NCBI GenBank assembly: GCA_965248435.1 | Contig: OZ252100.1 | Span: forward strand, 1,568,001-1,632,000 | Direction of reading: 5' to 3' | DNA from: Candidatus Latescibacterota bacterium | Lineage (GTDB): Bacteria; Latescibacterota; UBA2968; GCA-2709665 | Length of the DNA stretch: 64,000 nucleotides | Shown: positions 48,287-58,604 of the stretch, piece after piece | Layout: every line of letters begins with the position of its first letter | Numbering within the stretch: the first letter of the stretch is position 1 | The notes under the pieces: generated by a model | Told to the model about the DNA's origin: nothing | What the model saw: only the letters and a program-made list of their open reading frames with translations | The model's database searches: none | Translations under genes and position numbers: made by a program

Positions 48287-50386
48287 TCAGAATTCATTTG
48301 CGACGCGAAGATGCACCTTCCCCTGTCCGGGACTCTCTCCCTTTGCCAGGCCGTAGTCGAGCCCGATCTGACCCATCCGGCTCTCCAGCCGAAGTCCTGC
48401 CCCATAGCCAACCGGCAGCAGCCAGGCGCCTCCCCTGTCGGTACCCGATTCCTTCAAGGCACCCAGATCCGCGAAGAGGAACGCGCGGGATCTCCGCCCC
48501 AGCAGCAGGCGCCACTCCAGATTCATCCACGAAGCCTGTGTCGCCAGGAAGGCCTCCTCTCGGTGCCCGCGAATCGTCGCGCTACCGCCCAGTCGCAGTC
48601 GCGCTTCCGGAGGCACCCGGCCTGACTGCATCACACCCTCCGCGCGAAGCGAGACCGCCGCAACAGATCGCCCGCCTGTCGGAACAAAATGTGCAAGCAG
48701 TACCGCGAACTGCCTCCGCGATCTCCGCACCTCGCCGGTCTCTACTCGGCCCCAGTTGAGCGTCCCTTCGTATCGGGACCCGCCCTTCGGATTCCAGAGG
48801 TCATCGCGTGTATCGTATCTCACCCCGGCCTCCACTCCCCAGAACTGGCTCCCGATAACCCCTTCGAGGTCCCCCTGACCGGGTCTTACACCCTCTCGGC
48901 GCAGCCCTATTCGAAGGTTCAGATCCGGTGTCACCGCAAACGCGGCCGCACCGCCGAGTTCGTTCTCCACAAAACCGACACGCTCACGGACCGACACGTG
49001 AAACTCGCCCGACAGGGGAGTTCCGAAGGCCCAGGGCTCTCGATATCGCAGCTCGAGGTCCGAGGACTCAGGACCCCGACGCCCCCACGAGGCGTGGACC
49101 CCCCGGCCCGTCCCAAGGAAACTCTCGAAATCGAGTGAGAATTGACCCGTCAGGCCGCGGCTTGCGCCAGGGGGACCTGGCGCATACCCCAGACCCCCCT
49201 CTACTCTTCCCGCGCTGCGCTCTCGGACATCGACCACCAGTGCGGTCCGTCCCGGGAGGGAAACGCGATCCAGTCGCGGCGGCTTCACTTCCAGCAGGTA
49301 GGGCAGCCTTCGCAGAGTCTGCACGGCCCGATCCACGCGCCGCTGGTCATAGATCTCGCCCGTCTGGAGCCGCGTCTCGCGCGCGAGCACATCTGCCTTC
49401 GTCGCGCGATTCCCCGCAAAGAGGACCGTGTCGATTCGCACGAGCGGCCCCTCATCGATCTCAACACGCACCTGACTCACGTCGCTCCCAGGTCGGATCA
49501 CAACTTCCGGCCGCAGAGCGCAGTAGGGATATCCCTGATTCTCGTACAGATCGAGAACGGCCTCCAGGTCTGCCTCGAGCCGGTCCGGCAACAGCCGCAC
49601 GCCTGGACGGCTGTGCATCACCTCCATCAACGCGTCACGCGTCAATTGATGATTCCCGGTCAGCTCCACAGATTCGATCCGCGTTGGTTGCCCCTCACGG
49701 ATCGCGAACACGACCGAGGCCCGCCCGCCCGACAGCTTGACCTCCGGCCGGTGAAGCGATACCTGCCAGTAACCCGCCTCCCGGTATCCATCCAGGATCC
49801 GTTCCAAGTCTCGTTCCAGGACGCGCGTATTCAGAGCAGATCCCTGCCGGGTCAGAAGCCACTCCAGCACGCGGCCCTCAGACATCCTGTGCGCCCCCTC
49901 GATCCGCACCCGACGCACGATTTGCCCCTGGGTGGGAGTTTCGCCCCAGCTAGGTGTCTGGCCCAGGATGAGCCCGAGCGCGAGAAAACAGAGGATCATA
50001 ACGGCCCTTCTGATCAGGGCCGCGGTGTGCGACACCCTTGCGCCCAGACCCGTTCCTCCTCCCAAGGGGTTGGGGCCCTCTGTGGGACAGGGTGAGGAGC
50101 GGGGGTGGAGATGTGGGCGAATGGAAATTCGCGGGGCGGGGGCGGGTCCCACGGCGGGCATCAGGCGGGGGGAGGAGACCAAAGCTGGTGCCGAGTCCGC
50201 CCTTGCCACTGAGGGTAAGATGCCGCGGCCCGAGCCCACGCGGCGATTGAGCGGCGCCCTTCTTTTGCCTACTTTTCTTGTGGCGAGACAAGAAAAGTAG
50301 GCCGCCGGAGGCAAGAGGTTCTGGGGTGTGGCGAACAGCTTAGGGATCCAAGAGAGATAGCCACTTTTTTCTCCCAATCTGCTCAT
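48287..50386 (-). CDS. Omp85 (BamA/TamA-like) protein with POTRA domains; repeat copy 3 inside the 5' end; start uncertain (50386 or 49999)
   Basis: POTRA GY motifs, YDTRD, IRG, GYGAGLR, terminal F. Confidence 0.85.
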   Translation of the reverse strand: MSRLGEKSGYLSWIPKLFATPQNLLPPAAYFSCLATRKVGKRRAPLNRRVGSGRGILPSVARADSAPALVSSPRLMPAVGPAPAPRISIRPHLHPRSSPCPTEGPNPLGGGTGLGARVSHTAALIRRAVMILCFLALGLILGQTPSWGETPTQGQIVRRVRIEGAHRMSEGRVLEWLLTRQGSALNTRVLERDLERILDGYREAGYWQVSLHRPEVKLSGGRASVVFAIREGQPTRIESVELTGNHQLTRDALMEVMHSRPGVRLLPDRLEADLEAVLDLYENQGYPYCALRPEVVIRPGSDVSQVRVEIDEGPLVRIDTVLFAGNRATKADVLARETRLQTGEIYDQRRVDRAVQTLRRLPYLLEVKPPRLDRVSLPGRTALVVDVRERSAGRVEGGLGYAPGPPGASRGLTGQFSLDFESFLGTGRGVHASWGRRGPESSDLELRYREPWAFGTPLSGEFHVSVRERVGFVENELGGAAAFAVTPDLNLRIGLRREGVRPGQGDLEGVIGSQFWGVEAGVRYDTRDDLWNPKGGSRYEGTLNWGRVETGEVRRSRRQFAVLLAHFVPTGGRSVAAVSLRAEGVMQSGRVPPEARLRLGGSATIRGHREEAFLATQASWMNLEWRLLLGRRSRAFLFADLGALKESGTDRGGAWLLPVGYGAGLRLESRMGQIGLDYGLAKGESPGQGKVHLRVANEF
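50014..50313 (-). mobile_element. Structured repeat element, copy 3 (300 bp)
   Basis: Same ends and 14-bp hairpin as copies 1/2, plus ~60 bp shared with copy 4. Confidence 0.85.
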
Positions 50387-50415
50387 GCCCTCCCCGAGAT
50401 TCCGTGAATAGCCTT

Positions 50416-53400
50416 TCAAAACGTCGCCCTCATCTCCATCCGTCCCGCGTGAATCACCGGCCGTTCCGGCCGCACCCGCCCATCGTAGGTCGCAAACGCC
50501 GTCAGATATCGCGCCAATCGGTAATCCAGGCCGAGGCGCCAGACAACGTTCTGTCCCTCCCGATTTCCTTCCGCCAACCTGAGGAAGAGGGGCATCTGCC
50601 CCGTACTCGTAACCCTCACCCAGTCCATGCTTCCCCTGATCCGGCCCCGCCCCAGAAGCGCGCGCTGGAGCTCCGGACCTACAGAGAGCCGCCGCGCCTT
50701 GAGGGCACGGAGTTCTTCCTGGTCCCACCCCATCCCCAGACGCAACCCTGTACGCCACCCGCGGTCGATCCGCCAGCGCCCAAGCAAGGAAAAAGCGCTC
50801 GACTCGATCCCGTATGCAAACGGTCCTTCCCCTTCACGACCACGGCGACCACTCGACAGATCGGACTCCAGATCGAATCCCGCTCCGAATCGGAACCGAC
50901 CCCGCGCAGCCAGTTCCGAAAGGTGCGTTTGCCCGTCCTCTGAGAGGTTGCGGTCGAGTCCACTGCGCCGCCTGGAAGTGATCCGGAAGGAAGCCCGGCG
51001 GTTGTATCGGAACAGATGGAGCCTCGCGCGCCGTTCCCTCCCTGCGCTGAAGATCTCAGGGCCGGTCCTGAATCCCGAGAGGTCCCACGGGGCCACCCCG
51101 CTTTCTCCCGGGAAGACCTTCCGCGCCGCCTCCATCGAGAGGTCTACCGAAATCTCAGAAAGGAGACGCTGCCACTGCGCTTCAGGCGATCTCAGGAGAC
51201 GGTGACCGGCAACCTCGAAGCGCAGCCCGAGTGCCGCCTCCCGGACGGGCTGAAACCCGCCCTCGAATCCGTAATAGGGATCGAAGTCGCCGTGTGTGTC
51301 CGGCACGAACTCCTCCCGGTCCTCTTCCCCGTCGCCATCCACGTCTTCCCAGACAAAAGTGCCCTTTCCCTCCCCCACGAAGACAAAAACCGATTCTCGC
51401 CTGGGCGCACCTGTGCTCGAAATCCTGTAGGTGAACTGCTGCGAAAGTGCGCCGCCAAGGGGAGCGTAGGACAGGCGGACGCTCGCCAGATCCGCGTCTC
51501 GTCCTGAGCTGCTCGATGCGAGAAAGCGTGTCCGGCTGTACGCACCCGAGAGTGAAAGCCCCTTCCAGCCTTTCAGGTCTCCACGATTGACGAGCGACCA
51601 GCTCTTCAGGCTGTCCTGCCACGCGCCCTGCAGTCGTCGCGTCTCTTTGATCCCGAGATCGGTCGTCCACGACCACCTCCTGGCGTCGCTCTTGCTCAAC
51701 GTCCAACCCAGCTCCCGGGTCTTCACGCCTTCGGGGGTGTGAGTGCTCCCGATCGGGGAGGCGTAGAAAACGGACGCGTAGGCCGCCGCGTCGCCCAGCG
51801 CCGTCTCGGATTGGAATCGAAAGCCAGGTCGGACGCCCCAGATCTCCCCGGAAACATCGCCGTACTGACGAACCTGCTTACCGCCCCCCCTCGAAATTTC
51901 TTCAAAGCGATAGCCGACCTTCGTGGCGTCTGGACGGGAGAGGTTGAACCCCAACTCTCTTCTCGAGGCCGGATGGATCCCATCCTTGCGTCCATAACCC
52001 ACGTTCATCCTCATCCCCGTGCGCGGCAAGTACTCAAGTGCCATCTCCCCGGACCGTTCGCCCTGCCGTTCCTGTTCCGGGACCCATCCCCACTTCCCCT
52101 CGATATCCACCGGGTCAATTCGATCGAATGTTGAAAACTCCGAACCGATCTGTCGGTAATGCGTGCGCAGACGAACGCGCCCGACCTCGAGTCCTGACAA
52201 CCTCAAAGGGCCTGGTGCGAGATCGGCTCCGAACCGGAAGGCACGCCCGCGTTGATCTTGAGCTCCCGGTTGAAACGCGTCAGCGCTCCCTGAGCTCAGA
52301 CCCACCTCTCCGTTCAGCGTCAGACCCTGGAACGGGGCGTAAGAGGCATCCAGCACCGTCACCTGATGACGGGACACCGTGCCCGGATCACCCCCCGACG
52401 CGGGAATCGGTATCCCTGGCTGATCCGACTCCCTGATGAAGGTCGTCCCGATCTGAACGCGCCCCTCTGAAAGATCAGCTTCGCCCCGCAGCCCCATCAG
52501 CCGGCGCCTATGACCGCCGTGCAGGTACTGATATTCCACTGTAATCCGGGACTCTGCGGAAATCGGCCGAAAGGGCGTGAACGTCAGGAGCCCCCGCTCG
52601 TAGTCCACGACATAGTCCTGCCCTTCACCGCGTTTCAGCTTGCGGCCGTTCAGATAGACGCGCTCCGATCCCGGAACAATCTCCGTGGTGCCGCCCCCTT
52701 CATCACCTCCCGAAAGCCGGTAAGGTCCCTGGTAGCCTTCAACCGGAGCAACGCGGCGGGAAACCCATCGCCCCCTCGATACGGCGCCGAACGCCTTGAC
52801 GGTTCCGTAAGGAAGCGAGAACCCGAGGCTCGCGCCCTGCAGCTGTCTTCGATATCGCCCGAATGTCGTCTCGTTGAACACGACATCCTGATCGCCGAGA
52901 CCCGCATTGATCGATCTGGACCTGACTTGAAAATGGATCCTGTCGATCTCCTGAAGGCTTCGTGTACGGCCGCCGGACTGCAAAGGAAGGTCCTGGTCGG
53001 AAAGCATCGCCAGCAGCTCCACGCCTTCCGCAACCTCTCCCGATACCTGAACGCGGAGCGACTGGCGCAGCTCCGGACCACGGTTTGAGCCCATCGCAAC
53101 CTGAATCCGTTTGCTCCCACCGATCTCCAACCTCGGTTCCCCGACAGACGCCTGAGACCTTACCGTCCGACCGAGGTTGTGTTTGATGCGTTGAGTGCGT
53201 CTGACCGATCGCTGCGTTTCGATCGCCCGCTCGGTGCCCTGACGCCGCCTGTAGACTTGCCGAAGGACTTGAGGCAGCTGCCGGAACTTGACGGTCACTG
53301 GCGTACCCCTCGCAAGGTCCTCGAAAAAGCTCAGCAGGGCCTCGTCTTCCTCTATCAGGTAATCCTTGCCGCGCCGCTGCAGACGTCCCGCCACCCGGAC

Positions 53401-53919
53401 CGACTCGGAGGCATTCAGAATCGGGCGTTCGGAGATGCGGTAGGGACCCCGGCTTCCGTCTGCCTTGAACGTGCGCTCCACATCGAACAGCGTCACCGGC
53501 TTCTGATTTGGCACGTCACATAAACCTGGGTCGGGCATGTAGAGGAGAACGAAGAGAGCAAGGAATCCAGCGATCAGGGCCGCGGTGTGCGACTCCCTTG
53601 CACCTTCATTCCTTCTTCTCCCAAGGGGTTGGGGCCCTCTGTGGGACCGGGTGAGGAGCGGGGGTGGAGGTGCGGGCGAATGGACATTCGCGGGGCGGGT
53701 GCGGGTCCCACAGCGGGCATAAGGTGTTGGGAGGAGTTCAGCCCTTTTGCCGAGCCCGCCTATTCCACTGAGGGTGAGGTGCCGCGGACCGAGCCCCCGC
53801 GGCGCCTGAGCGGCGCCCTTCTTTTGCCTACTTTTCTTGTGGCGAGACAAGAAAAATAGGCCGCCGGGGGTTCGGGGTTCGGTGGAGTAGGGCGAATGCC
53901 TCAAGGATTCAAGAAACAC
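50416..53919 (-). CDS. Large (~1050 aa mature) probable outer-membrane beta-barrel protein; repeat copy 4 inside the 5' end; start uncertain
   Basis: IVPGSERVYLNG..DYVVDYERGLLTF motif, amphipathic strands, C-terminal MEMRATF. Confidence 0.75.
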   Translation of the reverse strand: MFLESLRHSPYSTEPRTPGGLFFLSRHKKSRQKKGAAQAPRGLGPRHLTLSGIGGLGKRAELLPTPYARCGTRTRPANVHSPAPPPPLLTRSHRGPQPLGRRRNEGARESHTAALIAGFLALFVLLYMPDPGLCDVPNQKPVTLFDVERTFKADGSRGPYRISERPILNASESVRVAGRLQRRGKDYLIEEDEALLSFFEDLARGTPVTVKFRQLPQVLRQVYRRRQGTERAIETQRSVRRTQRIKHNLGRTVRSQASVGEPRLEIGGSKRIQVAMGSNRGPELRQSLRVQVSGEVAEGVELLAMLSDQDLPLQSGGRTRSLQEIDRIHFQVRSRSINAGLGDQDVVFNETTFGRYRRQLQGASLGFSLPYGTVKAFGAVSRGRWVSRRVAPVEGYQGPYRLSGGDEGGGTTEIVPGSERVYLNGRKLKRGEGQDYVVDYERGLLTFTPFRPISAESRITVEYQYLHGGHRRRLMGLRGEADLSEGRVQIGTTFIRESDQPGIPIPASGGDPGTVSRHQVTVLDASYAPFQGLTLNGEVGLSSGSADAFQPGAQDQRGRAFRFGADLAPGPLRLSGLEVGRVRLRTHYRQIGSEFSTFDRIDPVDIEGKWGWVPEQERQGERSGEMALEYLPRTGMRMNVGYGRKDGIHPASRRELGFNLSRPDATKVGYRFEEISRGGGKQVRQYGDVSGEIWGVRPGFRFQSETALGDAAAYASVFYASPIGSTHTPEGVKTRELGWTLSKSDARRWSWTTDLGIKETRRLQGAWQDSLKSWSLVNRGDLKGWKGLSLSGAYSRTRFLASSSSGRDADLASVRLSYAPLGGALSQQFTYRISSTGAPRRESVFVFVGEGKGTFVWEDVDGDGEEDREEFVPDTHGDFDPYYGFEGGFQPVREAALGLRFEVAGHRLLRSPEAQWQRLLSEISVDLSMEAARKVFPGESGVAPWDLSGFRTGPEIFSAGRERRARLHLFRYNRRASFRITSRRRSGLDRNLSEDGQTHLSELAARGRFRFGAGFDLESDLSSGRRGREGEGPFAYGIESSAFSLLGRWRIDRGWRTGLRLGMGWDQEELRALKARRLSVGPELQRALLGRGRIRGSMDWVRVTSTGQMPLFLRLAEGNREGQNVVWRLGLDYRLARYLTAFATYDGRVRPERPVIHAGRMEMRATF
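53574..53872 (-). mobile_element. Structured repeat element, copy 4 (~299 bp)
   Basis: Colinear with copy 3 over its whole length. Confidence 0.85.
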
Positions 53920-54054
53920 GACTGTTTTTTCTCCGAAAACGAAGGACTGCTTGTCGTCAATCACGTGGCAATAGGACTCCGTGGCCTTTTCGAACGACGA
54001 ATCGGTCGTGTCCCACAGGACACGACCTGAGACGAACGACGGTTGCCGTCACCA

Positions 54055-54097
54055 ACAAAAAAGGGACATCCCTACCCGCAGGCAGAATATCCCGGCG
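54055..54097 (-). terminator. Probable intrinsic terminator after the NHL gene
   Basis: GGGATATTCTGCC-TGCG-GGTAGGGATGTCCC followed by TTTTTT. Confidence 0.5.
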
Positions 54098-54121
54098 ACT
54101 GGATCTATCCCCCTGATTCGC

Positions 54122-55078
54122 TCATTTTCTCAGGACGAGAACTCGAAACATTTGGACGCGGCTGTTTCCCGAGTCCAACACGTAAAGCACGTCGTTGGGC
54201 CCCATCGCCACCCCCCTGGGCTGATTAAAGGCGTCGGGGTCCGCCCCCGCCCGGGGACCGCCGAACCGATCCACGAACGTTTTGTTCTTCAGATCATACA
54301 CAATGATTCGGTGATGTCCGGTATCTGCGACGAAGAGCGTCTGCTTGGGGCCGAGGCAGAGTCCGCTCGGCTCCGAGAGCGAACCGTCACCCAAACTCCA
54401 CTTGAAGCTGCCGAATGCGTCGAATATCGCCACACGGCCGTTCTCGCCGTCGCTCACGTAGACATCCCCTTTTTCGCCTACCGTGATCCCGAGGGGCCGA
54501 CGCAATTTTCCCGAGCCGTATCCGTATCCGCCAAAGGTCCGATCCGTTGTACTGTAGCTACTGATCTGAATAATCTGGTCCGCGTCCGTGTCGCTCACAA
54601 AAATCTCACCGTCCAGCGAAACGGCGATGCCGCCGAGGGACGCCAGGGGGTGCGGACCTTCCACGTCACGTCCACCGACGACTGCCAGAAGCTGAAGGTG
54701 GGGACCAAAGATCTGGATCCTGTCGTTCCGGCTGTCGGCGACGTAGATTTTTAGACCCCTGGGCGTAGCCAGGCCGACCGGCTCGTTGAACCGAGCGTCC
54801 TCCCACCCGAAACCACCGACTTCGGAGTGGTAATTTCCTTTCAAATCGAACTTCTGGACCCTGTCGTTCCCTGTATCGGCTACATAGACCATGCCCAGCG
54901 GCCCGACTGCGATTCCCCCGGGCTGATGAAACTGCCCTTCTCCGCTCCCTTTTTGACCAAAGGAAGAGACGAACCGAAGGGCTACCTGCGGCGGCGCAAC
55001 CTCCCCAGCGAAAACGACGGCGGGAATCAGGACTCCCGCGACCGCGTGTCGAAAACCTATACCCCCCATCCTGGACAT
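54122..55078 (-). CDS. NHL-repeat beta-propeller protein
   Basis: Repeated P.GIAV...YVADTGNDRVQKF units. Confidence 0.92.
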   Translation of the reverse strand: MSRMGGIGFRHAVAGVLIPAVVFAGEVAPPQVALRFVSSFGQKGSGEGQFHQPGGIAVGPLGMVYVADTGNDRVQKFDLKGNYHSEVGGFGWEDARFNEPVGLATPRGLKIYVADSRNDRIQIFGPHLQLLAVVGGRDVEGPHPLASLGGIAVSLDGEIFVSDTDADQIIQISSYSTTDRTFGGYGYGSGKLRRPLGITVGEKGDVYVSDGENGRVAIFDAFGSFKWSLGDGSLSEPSGLCLGPKQTLFVADTGHHRIIVYDLKNKTFVDRFGGPRAGADPDAFNQPRGVAMGPNDVLYVLDSGNSRVQMFRVLVLRK

Positions 55079-55115
55079 CCCTCCTGTCCGCTGCGGCCGC
55101 CGGTGACGGTTGCGG

Positions 55116-56342
55116 CTACAGTTTGAGATTTTCCTCCAGACTCTTCACGGCCCTCGCCACATCCTCCCGGTGTCCGAAAGCACTGAGCCTGAAGTAGCCC
55201 TCACCGCTCGGCCCGAAGCCCGTGCCGGGCGTACCCACGACGTGCGCCTCGCTCAGGAGCTTATCGAAGAATGCCCACGAACTCATCCCACCAGGCGTCC
55301 GAATCCAAACGTAAGGGGCGTGCCTCCCCCCGAACACTTTCAACCCCAGTGCTTCAACGGCTTGCCGGATCAGGGCGGCATTCTCCATGTAGTAGCTCGC
55401 CAGAACACCGCACTCGCGCTGGCCCGCTTCCGAGAGGACGCCGAGCCCGCCTTCCTGAACGATGTTCGAGGCCCCGTTGAACATCGTATTCTGTCGTCTG
55501 GTCCACATCGACCTCAGCGTTCCGGGTTCCGCATCTTCGGCCACGAGGTCGGCCGGAACGACGCTCCATCCCAATCTGACCCCCGTAAACCCGGCGATCT
55601 TGGAAAAACTGCTTATCTCGATCGCACACCGCTTGGCGCCCGGGATCTCATAGATGCTCCTCGGCAGGTCCGGGTCCGAGATGAAGGGTGCGTATGCCGC
55701 ATCGAAAAGGATAACGGCGAGATTCCGGGTCGCAAAATCAACGAGACCTTCCAGGTTTTCTCGGGTTGCGACCGCGCCCGTCGGATTGTTCGGACTGCAG
55801 ACGTAGATCAGGTCGACCTTCTGTTCCGGAAGGTCTGGGAAGAACCCGTTCTCTTCGGTGCACGGCATGTAAACCAGGCCTTCATACTGATCCTTTTCGC
55901 AGTTCCCGGTCCGGCCGGCCATCACATTGCTCTCTACATAGACCGGATAGGCCGGGTCCTGCACGGCCACGACATTATCCAGGCCGAATATCGATTGGAT
56001 GTTGGCAGAATCCGACTTTGCACCGTCGCTCACGAATATCTCGTCGGCATCGACCGTCGCACCCATCTTACCATAGTGTGCGGCAAGCGCCTCTCGCAGC
56101 TCAACATTGCCCTCCGAGCCATCCGCGTAGCCCGTGTAGGTCTCGACGTCTCCGAGCTTGTCGACCCCGCTGCGGAGCGCCGAGATCACCGCCGGCGTCA
56201 ACGGCTCGGTCGTATTTCCGATACCCAGTCGCATCACCTCCACACCCGGGTTCGAATCCAGGAAGGCCCGAGTCCGTTTCGCGATCTCCGGAAACAGGTA
56301 TCCTGAAGCCAGCTTGCCAAAGTTCTTATTGATTCGCGCCAT
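55116..56342 (-). CDS. dapL: LL-diaminopimelate aminotransferase
   Basis: YLFPEI, LGIG, SDGAK, CSPNNPTG, SFSKIAGFTGVRLG, GEGYFRLSAF. Confidence 0.95.
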   Translation of the reverse strand: MARINKNFGKLASGYLFPEIAKRTRAFLDSNPGVEVMRLGIGNTTEPLTPAVISALRSGVDKLGDVETYTGYADGSEGNVELREALAAHYGKMGATVDADEIFVSDGAKSDSANIQSIFGLDNVVAVQDPAYPVYVESNVMAGRTGNCEKDQYEGLVYMPCTEENGFFPDLPEQKVDLIYVCSPNNPTGAVATRENLEGLVDFATRNLAVILFDAAYAPFISDPDLPRSIYEIPGAKRCAIEISSFSKIAGFTGVRLGWSVVPADLVAEDAEPGTLRSMWTRRQNTMFNGASNIVQEGGLGVLSEAGQRECGVLASYYMENAALIRQAVEALGLKVFGGRHAPYVWIRTPGGMSSWAFFDKLLSEAHVVGTPGTGFGPSGEGYFRLSAFGHREDVARAVKSLEENLKL

Positions 56343-56456
56343 GCTTAGAGAATCTTCCTCATTCATTAAGTCATTAGCCGACTCGTCTTCTACTTCAATG
56401 TTTCAGCTCCACCGACTCCATTCTCCTGGCACTTCTGCTCTTCTTTCTCGCCAGAA

Positions 56457-56485
56457 AATATACGTTCCCGCCCCGGCAATGTCAA
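56457..56485 (-). promoter_or_regulatory. Sigma70 promoter of dapL
   Basis: TTGACA-N17-TATATT. Confidence 0.7.
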
Positions 56486-56520
56486 AAACCCTCCCCGCGA
56501 GCAGCATCCCGCTTAAAACG

Positions 56521-56556
56521 AAAAACGCCGCCTCCAGTCTTCCAGAAGCGGCGATG
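56521..56556 (-). terminator. Intrinsic terminator after frr
   Basis: CGCCGCTTCTGG..CTGGAGGCGGCG followed by TTTTT. Confidence 0.7.
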
Positions 56557-56579
56557 CACGAGAGTCGAAACACTCAGGT

Positions 56580-57137
56580 TCAAACTTCCATAATCTCTTC
56601 TTCCTTTTCAGCAAGAATCCCGTCGATCTCTTTGATAAACTCGTCGGTCAATTTTTGCACCTCTTCCTGTCCTTTCTTGGATTCGTCTTCCGGTACATCC
56701 CCCTCTTTCTGAGCCTCTTTGAGTAGATCGTTAGCATCGCGGCGGGCATTCCGCACCGAGATCCGTCCCTCTTCCGCCATATGTCTGACGATCTTCACGA
56801 TCTCTTTTCGGCGTTCCTCTGTCAGCTGCGGTATCGGAAGACGAATGTTGGTCCCGTCGTTCGCTGGAACCAGTCCGAGGTTTGAGTTCATGATCCCCTT
56901 TTCGATCTGGGGGATAACCGTTTTGTCCCACGGCTGAATAACGATCAAACGCGGTTCCGGGGACCCCACGTTGGCCACCTGATTGATCGGTACCTGGGAT
57001 CCGTAATACTCAACCCGAATGCTGTCAAGTAAACCGACGTTGGCCCGCCCGGTTCTAACGGTGAGCGTCTCGTCTCGAAATGCCCCTACAGACTTTCGCA
57101 TCTCGGTTCTGGTCTCCGAGAGAATCTCTTTGACCAT
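56580..57137 (-). CDS. frr: Ribosome recycling factor
   Basis: RTGRAN, VEYYG, QPWD, LTEERRKE, RNARRDAN. Confidence 0.97.
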   Translation of the reverse strand: MVKEILSETRTEMRKSVGAFRDETLTVRTGRANVGLLDSIRVEYYGSQVPINQVANVGSPEPRLIVIQPWDKTVIPQIEKGIMNSNLGLVPANDGTNIRLPIPQLTEERRKEIVKIVRHMAEEGRISVRNARRDANDLLKEAQKEGDVPEDESKKGQEEVQKLTDEFIKEIDGILAEKEEEIMEV

Positions 57138-57147
57138 GCCGCTCCCC

Positions 57148-57747
57148 TCAACTTTCTTCTCCAAGTACGAACCGCGCGAAGCGCCTGACCGTGACGTTTT
57201 CTCCGCACTTAGCCTTCAGCTCCGTCACCAGATCATTTATGGTCTTCTCTGGGTCCTTTACAAAGGGCTGTTCCAGCAGGCAGGCATCTTCAAAGTACTT
57301 CTCCAGGCGCCCTTCCACAATGCGCTCGATCACCTTTTCAGGCTTTCCTTCCCCGAGGGCCTGTTCCTTGAAAATGGATCGTTCCCTCTCCACGAGGTCG
57401 GGATTCAAGTCCTCTCTGCTTACAGCCAGCGGCGCGGTCGCAGCGATGTGCATGGCCAGATCTCGGGAAAAATCCTGAAATTCATCTGTCCGTGCCACAA
57501 AGTCCGTCTCACTGTTTACCTCGACCATAACGCCCAGCTTGTTTCCAGTATGAATGTAGGAAGTGATCACCCCTTCCTTCGCAACCCGGCCCATCCGATC
57601 CTCGGACTTGGCGATACCCCGGGAGCGCAGGATCTCGATCGCCTTCTCCGTGTCCCCATCGGCCTCCTCCAGCGCCCTTTTGCAATCCATCATTCCTACG
57701 TTGGTCTTCTGGCGCAGTTCCTGAACTTCCTTTGCAGAAATCCCCAT
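57148..57747 (-). CDS. tsf: Elongation factor Ts (short form, ~199 aa)
   Basis: ELRQKTNVGMMDCKRAL, EVNSETDFVA, LLEQPFVKD. Confidence 0.97.
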   Translation of the reverse strand: MGISAKEVQELRQKTNVGMMDCKRALEEADGDTEKAIEILRSRGIAKSEDRMGRVAKEGVITSYIHTGNKLGVMVEVNSETDFVARTDEFQDFSRDLAMHIAATAPLAVSREDLNPDLVERERSIFKEQALGEGKPEKVIERIVEGRLEKYFEDACLLEQPFVKDPEKTINDLVTELKAKCGENVTVRRFARFVLGEES

Positions 57748-57763
57748 CAGCCACCCTTGAATC

Positions 57764-58546
57764 TTAGCGTTTGCCCGTATCCACGATTTCGGTAATCTCG
57801 GTACTCGCGACCGCAATTTCCGGCTTGCCGACTTCTTCAGACGCCTGCCCGATATGCTCCTCGCGCACCTTCTGGCCCTCGAGGATGGCGTCCGCCATAA
57901 TACGGGTGATGAGCATGATCGACCTGATCGCATCATCGTTGCCCGGTATGGGATGCTCAATCTCGTCTGGATCGCAGTTCGTGTCCACGAGGGCGACAAT
58001 CGGAATTTCCAGCCGATTGGCCTCACCCACCGCGATCTTCTCCTTTCGAGTGTCCACAACAACGGCGAGCCCCGGGAGACGACCCATATCCCGGATGCCG
58101 CCCATGGACCTTTGGAGCTTTTCTCGCTCCCTCTCGAGCTGGAGTACTTCCTTCTTCTTCAAGTGCTCATACGAACCATCCCCGCTCATCTTGTCGAGAC
58201 CCTCTAGACGTCGGATGGACTGACGAATCGTCTGGTAGTTTGTGAGCATGCCGCCCAACCAGCGTTCGGTCACGTGAAACATCCCGCATCTCTCGGCCTC
58301 CCGACGCACAACCTCTTTAGACTGCTTCTTCGTGCCCACGAACAGGATGGCTTCACCGTTCTCCGCGGCTTCGCGAACCGCCTCGTAAGCAGTTTCGATC
58401 AGCTTGAGCGTCTTTTGGAGATCGACGATATATATGCCGTTGCGCTCCGTGAAGATGTACTTCCTCATCTTCGGATTCCACCTTCGGGTCTGGTGTCCGA
58501 AGTGTACTCCGGCTTCAAGAAGCTCTTTCATGGTTACAACAGCCAT
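57764..58546 (-). CDS. rpsB: 30S ribosomal protein S2
   Basis: [35 protein letters not shown]. Confidence 0.98.
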   Translation of the reverse strand: MAVVTMKELLEAGVHFGHQTRRWNPKMRKYIFTERNGIYIVDLQKTLKLIETAYEAVREAAENGEAILFVGTKKQSKEVVRREAERCGMFHVTERWLGGMLTNYQTIRQSIRRLEGLDKMSGDGSYEHLKKKEVLQLEREREKLQRSMGGIRDMGRLPGLAVVVDTRKEKIAVGEANRLEIPIVALVDTNCDPDEIEHPIPGNDDAIRSIMLITRIMADAILEGQKVREEHIGQASEEVGKPEIAVASTEITEIVDTGKR

Positions 58547-58604
58547 TCAACCTCCAAGACGTGACAGTCAGTTGCCGCTTCGCATGCGTCCCAGTAAATT
58601 CACA

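Noticed and set aside
50014-50313. Group I/II intron or known riboswitch identity for the element
   Set aside because: No recognisable group II domain V/GUGYG ends or riboswitch consensus by eye; left unassigned pending cmscan
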